Assembly: GCA_037190965.1 (NCBI GenBank)
Contig: JBBCKI010000048.1
Span: 10,297-74,296 of the forward strand
Length of the DNA: 64,000 nt
Direction: 5' to 3'
From: Chthoniobacteraceae bacterium
GTDB lineage: Bacteria; Verrucomicrobiota; Verrucomicrobiia; Chthoniobacterales; Chthoniobacteraceae
Below the pieces are notes generated by a model, which was not told the origin of the DNA, did not search any database, and worked only from the letters and a program-made list of their open reading frames with translations. This document shows positions 52,730 through 64,000 of the stretch, one piece after another; position 1 is the stretch's first letter, and each line of letters opens with the position of its first letter. The position numbers were made by a program, and so were the translations under genes.

Positions 52730-52832
52730 CGAAAGCGGCGGGAAACCGCCGCACTCCAAGACGCTGCCGCGAGTCTCGGAGCGTTCTATGGCGCGCCAGC
52801 GTCTTGGGTGCGGTGGCTCGATACCGCTTTGG
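52730..52832. repeat. Palindromic intergenic repeat, family B copy 2
   Basis: The arms are cgaaagcggcgggaaaccgccgcactccaagacgctg and cagcgtcttgggtgcggtggctcgataccgctttgg. It is homologous to 32913-33014. Confidence 0.8.
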
Positions 52833-52861
52833 AACGAGACGCCGAGACTATTTGCCATGAC

Positions 52862-52906
52862 CGTCCAAAACGCAAACAAGCCGCAGGTTCCCCTGCGGCT
52901 TGTTTG
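52862..52906 (-). terminator. Rho-independent terminator of tsf
   Basis: A perfect 14-15 bp stem (caaacaagccgcagg-ttcc-cctgcggcttgtttg) is followed on the minus strand by cguuuugg. Confidence 0.7.
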
Positions 52907-52934
52907 TTGGAATTGATTCTCGAAAAACGAGGGC

Positions 52935-53558
52935 TTACTCCGCGGCGGGAGTGGCTTCGCCTTCGACGCCTTCGCCCACCATGTAGCGGGTGAAGCGGCG
53001 GATGATGATGTTCTCACCGAGTTCCGCGATCTTGCTCTTCACGACATCCTGGATGGTCATGTCGGGGTTCTTGATGAACGGCTGCTCGAGGAGAGCGACC
53101 GAGGCGCAGAATTTGTCGATCTTGCCGTCGACGATCTTCTCCACGATGTTCTCGGGCTTGCCTTTGACCTGGTCGCGGGCGATCTCGCGCTCACGAGCGA
53201 TCAGCGCCGGGGAGATTTCCTCACGGCTGATGCAGATCGGGCTGGCGGCGGCGATGTGAAGGGTGATGTCCTTGACGAAGTCGCGGAAGCTCTCGTTCTT
53301 CGCAACGAAGTCGGTTTCGCAGTTGATCTCGACGAGCACGCCCACCTTGCCCTGCATGTGAATGTAGGAGGCAATGGTGCCTTCCTTCGCGGCGCGGGAG
53401 GCTTTCTTCCCGGCGCTGGCAATGCCTTTCTTGCGGAGAATGTCTTCGGCCTTCTCGATGTCGCCACCGGATTCGGTAAGAGCGCGCTTGCAATCCATCA
53501 TGCCGGCGTTGGTCTTTTCGCGAAGGGTCTTTACGAGTTGAGGAGTAATTTCGCTCAT
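52935..53558 (-). CDS. tsf: Elongation factor Ts (short form)
   Basis: The N-terminus MSEITPQLVKTLREKTNAGMMDCKRALTESGGDIEKAEDILRKKG is the canonical UBA-like EF-Ts N-terminus. Confidence 0.94.
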   Translation of the reverse strand: MSEITPQLVKTLREKTNAGMMDCKRALTESGGDIEKAEDILRKKGIASAGKKASRAAKEGTIASYIHMQGKVGVLVEINCETDFVAKNESFRDFVKDITLHIAAASPICISREEISPALIAREREIARDQVKGKPENIVEKIVDGKIDKFCASVALLEQPFIKNPDMTIQDVVKSKIAELGENIIIRRFTRYMVGEGVEGEATPAAE

Positions 53559-53589
53559 AGAAAAATGATTAAAGGGTCAAAAGTAGGGT

Positions 53590-53627
53590 CAAAAAAGCGC
53601 AGCCGAAGAGAATCCCCTCGGCTGCGC
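53590..53627 (-). terminator. Intercistronic hairpin/attenuator between rpsB and tsf
   Basis: On the minus strand the RNA reads gcgcagccga-ggggauucucu-ucggcugcgc followed by uuuuuug. Confidence 0.55.
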
Positions 53628-53659
53628 GCACTGCTTCTCAGGTTTGACTGAAAAGGGTA

Positions 53660-54385
53660 TTACTCGGCGATCGCAGCCAGCGAGGCCGGCTCGGAAGCAG
53701 GCACGTGTCCGCCGCCCGAAACGAGGGCGTCGACCAGCTTCTGGAGGATCACGCGGATGGCGCGGATGGCGTCGTCGTTCCCGGCGATCGGGTAGTCGAT
53801 CAGGTCGGGGTTCGCGTTGGTGTCAACGATGGCAACAACGGGGATCCCAAGGCGGCGGGCTTCTGCCACGGCGATGGCTTCGCGCTGGGTGTCGATGACG
53901 ATCAACGCGTCAGGGAATTTCTCCATGTTGCGGATGCCTTCGAGGTTGCGGAAGAGCTTCTCGCCCTCACGGCGGACAGCGGCGATCTCCTGCTTGCCCA
54001 TCTTGGAATACTCGGCCTGCTTGTCGAGATTCTCGATGTACTTGAGGCGGCCGATGCTCTTGCGGATCGTCGCGAGGTTGGTGAGGGTGCCACCCAGCCA
54101 GCGCTGGTTGACGTAAAAGTGTCCGCAGGCCTGCGCGGCTTCTTTCACTGCTTCCTGCGCCTGCTTCTTGCAGCCGACGAAAAGCACTTTGCCTTTGCGC
54201 TCCGCCAACTCACTCAGGAACTGCGTGGCGGCCTGGAGCTGCTTGACGGTTTCACCGAGGTTGATGATGTAGATCGCGTTCCTCTTCTCGAAGATAAAAG
54301 GCTTCATCTTCGGGTTCCAGCGCTTGGTCTGGTGACCAAAGTGGACTCCGGCCTCGAGAAGTTCCGTCATTAATTCTGTCGACAT
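53660..54385 (-). CDS. rpsB: 30S ribosomal protein S2
   Basis: The 241-aa ORF LLEAGVHFGHQTKRWNPKMKPFIF... is canonical S2. Confidence 0.96.
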   Translation of the reverse strand: MSTELMTELLEAGVHFGHQTKRWNPKMKPFIFEKRNAIYIINLGETVKQLQAATQFLSELAERKGKVLFVGCKKQAQEAVKEAAQACGHFYVNQRWLGGTLTNLATIRKSIGRLKYIENLDKQAEYSKMGKQEIAAVRREGEKLFRNLEGIRNMEKFPDALIVIDTQREAIAVAEARRLGIPVVAIVDTNANPDLIDYPIAGNDDAIRAIRVILQKLVDALVSGGGHVPASEPASLAAIAE

Positions 54386-54494
54386 AACTTATTATTCTGC
54401 TTCCAAAAGGGCGCGTAGTATCTACGGCTCCTGCTTTGAACGCAAGGGGTAATTTTGAGGCCCTCTTTGGCTTAAAGGTGGCTCCAGCGTCCCT

Positions 54495-55088
54495 TCACGT
54501 TACGGTTGGTTTTTGGTTTTGGGTTGGTGGGTTCTCTGCGTGCGTTTCCGTCCACCTTGCCCAGAGCCAGCAAAGGTCTGAGAGGCGGTTTAGGTAACGC
54601 AAAATTTCCAAATTCAGGGTCGGGTCGGCTTCGTGCAGCCTCGTCACCTGCCTTTCGGCGCGGCGACAAACGGTCCTCGCCATATCGAGGGCGGCGCTTT
54701 CCACGGTCGCACCGGGGGTAGCCCAATGCTTGAAGCTGATCTGGTGGTTCTTCTCCAGATCGTCGATGGCGGCGGTAAGCCGGTCGACACTCTCTGCCGC
54801 GATGGAGCCGAAACCGGCTTTCGCATGGCGATCCCGGTCTTCCGGGGTCACGGCGATCTCGCCCATCAGGGTAATGAGTTCCTTCTGAATCCCGAGGATT
54901 GGCCGGGCAATGAATGCCTCGGCTTCGCTCCCCCCGGTCGCCGTCAGCGTGGCTCGCGCCATGCCGAGGGCTGCGTTGAGTTCATCCACCGCGCCGTTGC
55001 AGTCGATCCGAAGATCGCCCTTCGACACGCGCTTTCCGAAGAGGAGAGCGGTGGTGCCGTTATCACCGGTTTTGGTTGCGATGGACAT
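54495..55088 (-). CDS. PduO-type ATP:cob(I)alamin adenosyltransferase
   Basis: The N-terminus TKTGDNGTTALLFGKRVSKGDLRIDCNGAVDELNAALG is the family signature. The ORF is 197 aa. Confidence 0.88.
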   Translation of the reverse strand: MSIATKTGDNGTTALLFGKRVSKGDLRIDCNGAVDELNAALGMARATLTATGGSEAEAFIARPILGIQKELITLMGEIAVTPEDRDRHAKAGFGSIAAESVDRLTAAIDDLEKNHQISFKHWATPGATVESAALDMARTVCRRAERQVTRLHEADPTLNLEILRYLNRLSDLCWLWARWTETHAENPPTQNQKPTVT

Positions 55089-55091
55089 TTC

Positions 55092-55139
55092 TGAAAAAGA
55101 GAGCGGCGGCGTCTCGTGTTTCCGGGGACGCCGCCGCTC
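55092..55139 (-). terminator. Rho-independent terminator of rpoC
   Basis: A perfect 13-bp stem (gagcggcggcgtc ... gacgccgccgctc) is followed on the minus strand by ucuuuuucag. The T-tract ends 4 nt before the next start codon. Confidence 0.75.
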
Positions 55140-55150
55140 AAACTGGATCG

Positions 55151-59263
<4,113 letters not shown>

Positions 59264-59308
59264 AGGAATAGCAATGCGATTTGCTGGATTTGCGAACGGT
59301 TGCGGGGA

Positions 59309-63103
<3,795 letters not shown>

Positions 63104-63268
63104 AGGTGGTGCGTTGGAGTTGGGACCTTGTATTGGGACGTGCCGTGGAGCCTTATTAACCTTCTATCCTGACCTGTAACTCGCGGTGCCTCGGGAGAAA
63201 ACGGGAACTCGCGATCATGGGTACAACAAAACCTTCCCCCGCGCGAACGCGGGAAAAAGGAATAGGCT

Positions 63269-63303
63269 GAAAGTCGCGGGCCGTCAAACAGCCCGCGACT
63301 TTC
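63269..63303 (-). terminator. rplL-rpoB intergenic attenuator hairpin
   Basis: A perfect 13-bp stem (gaaagtcgcgggc-N9-gcccgcgactttc) is followed on the minus strand by agccuauuccuuuuucc. This is the position of the partial terminator known in the E. coli rplL-rpoB spacer. Confidence 0.6.
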
Positions 63304-63450
63304 AACCTCTGAGTACTGGATCGGTGAAACGCTGAGTTCAGAATACGCCGGGTCGAATAAAGAAAATGGGTTGGGACCCTATGACACAAATCGGCGTGCG
63401 GCAAGCAATTTTTTTGCCTACCGCACGCTCGAAAGTGCTTTTTATCGAAA

Positions 63451-63825
63451 TTACTTGATTTCGACCTTGGCTCCGGCCGCTTCGATCTTCTTCTTGATCT
63501 CTTCGGCTTCAGCCTTCGTCCCGCCTTCCTTGATTGCCTTGGGAGCGCCTTCAACGAGGGCTTTGGCTTCGGCGAGGCCGAGTCCGGCAACAGCGGCGCG
63601 GACTTCCTTAATCACGCCGATCTTGTTGCCACCCACGTCAGCGAGGATGACGTCAAAGGAGGTCTTCTCCTCGACAGGAGCGGCGGCGGCTGCCGGAGCG
63701 GCGGCGGCTGCAACAGGAGCAGCGGCGCTCACGCCCCACTTCTCTTCGAGGTTCTTGACGAGATCAGCAATTTCCAGAACGGTGAGACCGCTGAGCTGAT
63801 CGACGATTGCGTTGATATCTGCCAT
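63451..63825 (-). CDS. rplL: 50S ribosomal protein L7/L12
   Basis: The 124-aa ORF has an Ala-rich hinge and a C-terminal domain [34 protein letters not shown]. Confidence 0.96.
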   Translation of the reverse strand: MADINAIVDQLSGLTVLEIADLVKNLEEKWGVSAAAPVAAAAAPAAAAAPVEEKTSFDVILADVGGNKIGVIKEVRAAVAGLGLAEAKALVEGAPKAIKEGGTKAEAEEIKKKIEAAGAKVEIK

Positions 63826-64000
63826 AGTATTTTTTCGGTGTCGTCGTATCCCGGAGGCATCCGGATGTTTCAGGCAATCAGCCGATCACCCGACGAGGAA
63901 CCAGTTTTTGGGTTTTTTTGGATTTGCGGGGCCAACGACCGTATTGGTGGTCGACCCCGCAAAAGGATGTTGTGATCTTGGTTGTCCGATTAAGCGGCGG

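Noticed and set aside
63990-64000. A possible 3-prime end of rplJ (TAA on the minus strand at 63990-63992), as expected upstream of rplL.
   Set aside because: Only 11 nt are inside the window, so nothing can be verified. I have not reported it as a feature.

Overview
The window is a high-GC chromosomal segment, most likely from a PVC-superphylum bacterium and probably Verrucomicrobiota. That assignment is an inference from three things: PEP-CTERM-anchored proteins with autotransporter-associated beta-strand repeats, a Chlamydia-like str/S10 junction with no tuf, and lysine/alanine-rich tails on housekeeping proteins.

About 80 percent of the window is core genome, almost all on the minus strand:
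- S10/str ribosomal cluster (rpsC to rpsL), 1-7926.
- Metabolic and envelope block, 8.2-18.3 kb: aldo/keto reductase, guaB, exbB-exbD-tonB-like, dus, OsmC, PhyH, AraC.
- ppdK, a BlaI/BlaR1 pair, rnr, an M16 peptidase and rpsU.
- A folP-cdaA-glmM-bioD operon.
- A large TPR protein, rpsB-tsf, a PduO-type adenosyltransferase and rplL-rpoB-rpoC.

Accessory or atypical parts:
1. A tandem array of two intact giant PATR/PEP-CTERM beta-helix proteins plus one decayed copy (18.3-25.6 kb). Each duplication unit carries a conserved palindrome and terminator copies.
2. A lower-GC islet (45.1-49.7 kb) holding a third PEP-CTERM protein, a DprA/SLOG-like gene and a nonsense-riddled pseudogene. It is bracketed by interspersed repeats.
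3. Three families of interspersed palindromic or MITE-like intergenic repeats: family A in three copies, B in two, C in two.

Observations I consider most worth follow-up:
- A secreted coiled-coil protein gene wedged, and apparently translationally coupled, between rpsS and rplV inside the S10 operon.
- A 47-codon YbbR/CdaR-like membrane-anchor ORF with native codon usage, hidden out of frame in the 3-prime end of cdaA.
- A pyruvate phosphate dikinase with a roughly 105-residue histone-H1-like K/A/P N-terminal tail, sitting just downstream of a PUR-like nucleic-acid-binding gene.
- The repeat families.

I saw no CRISPR array, rRNA, tRNA, integrase or transposase. All hairpin and repeat coordinates were indexed by hand and may be off by 1-2 nt. 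Family names are assigned from motifs recognised by eye, not from database searches.
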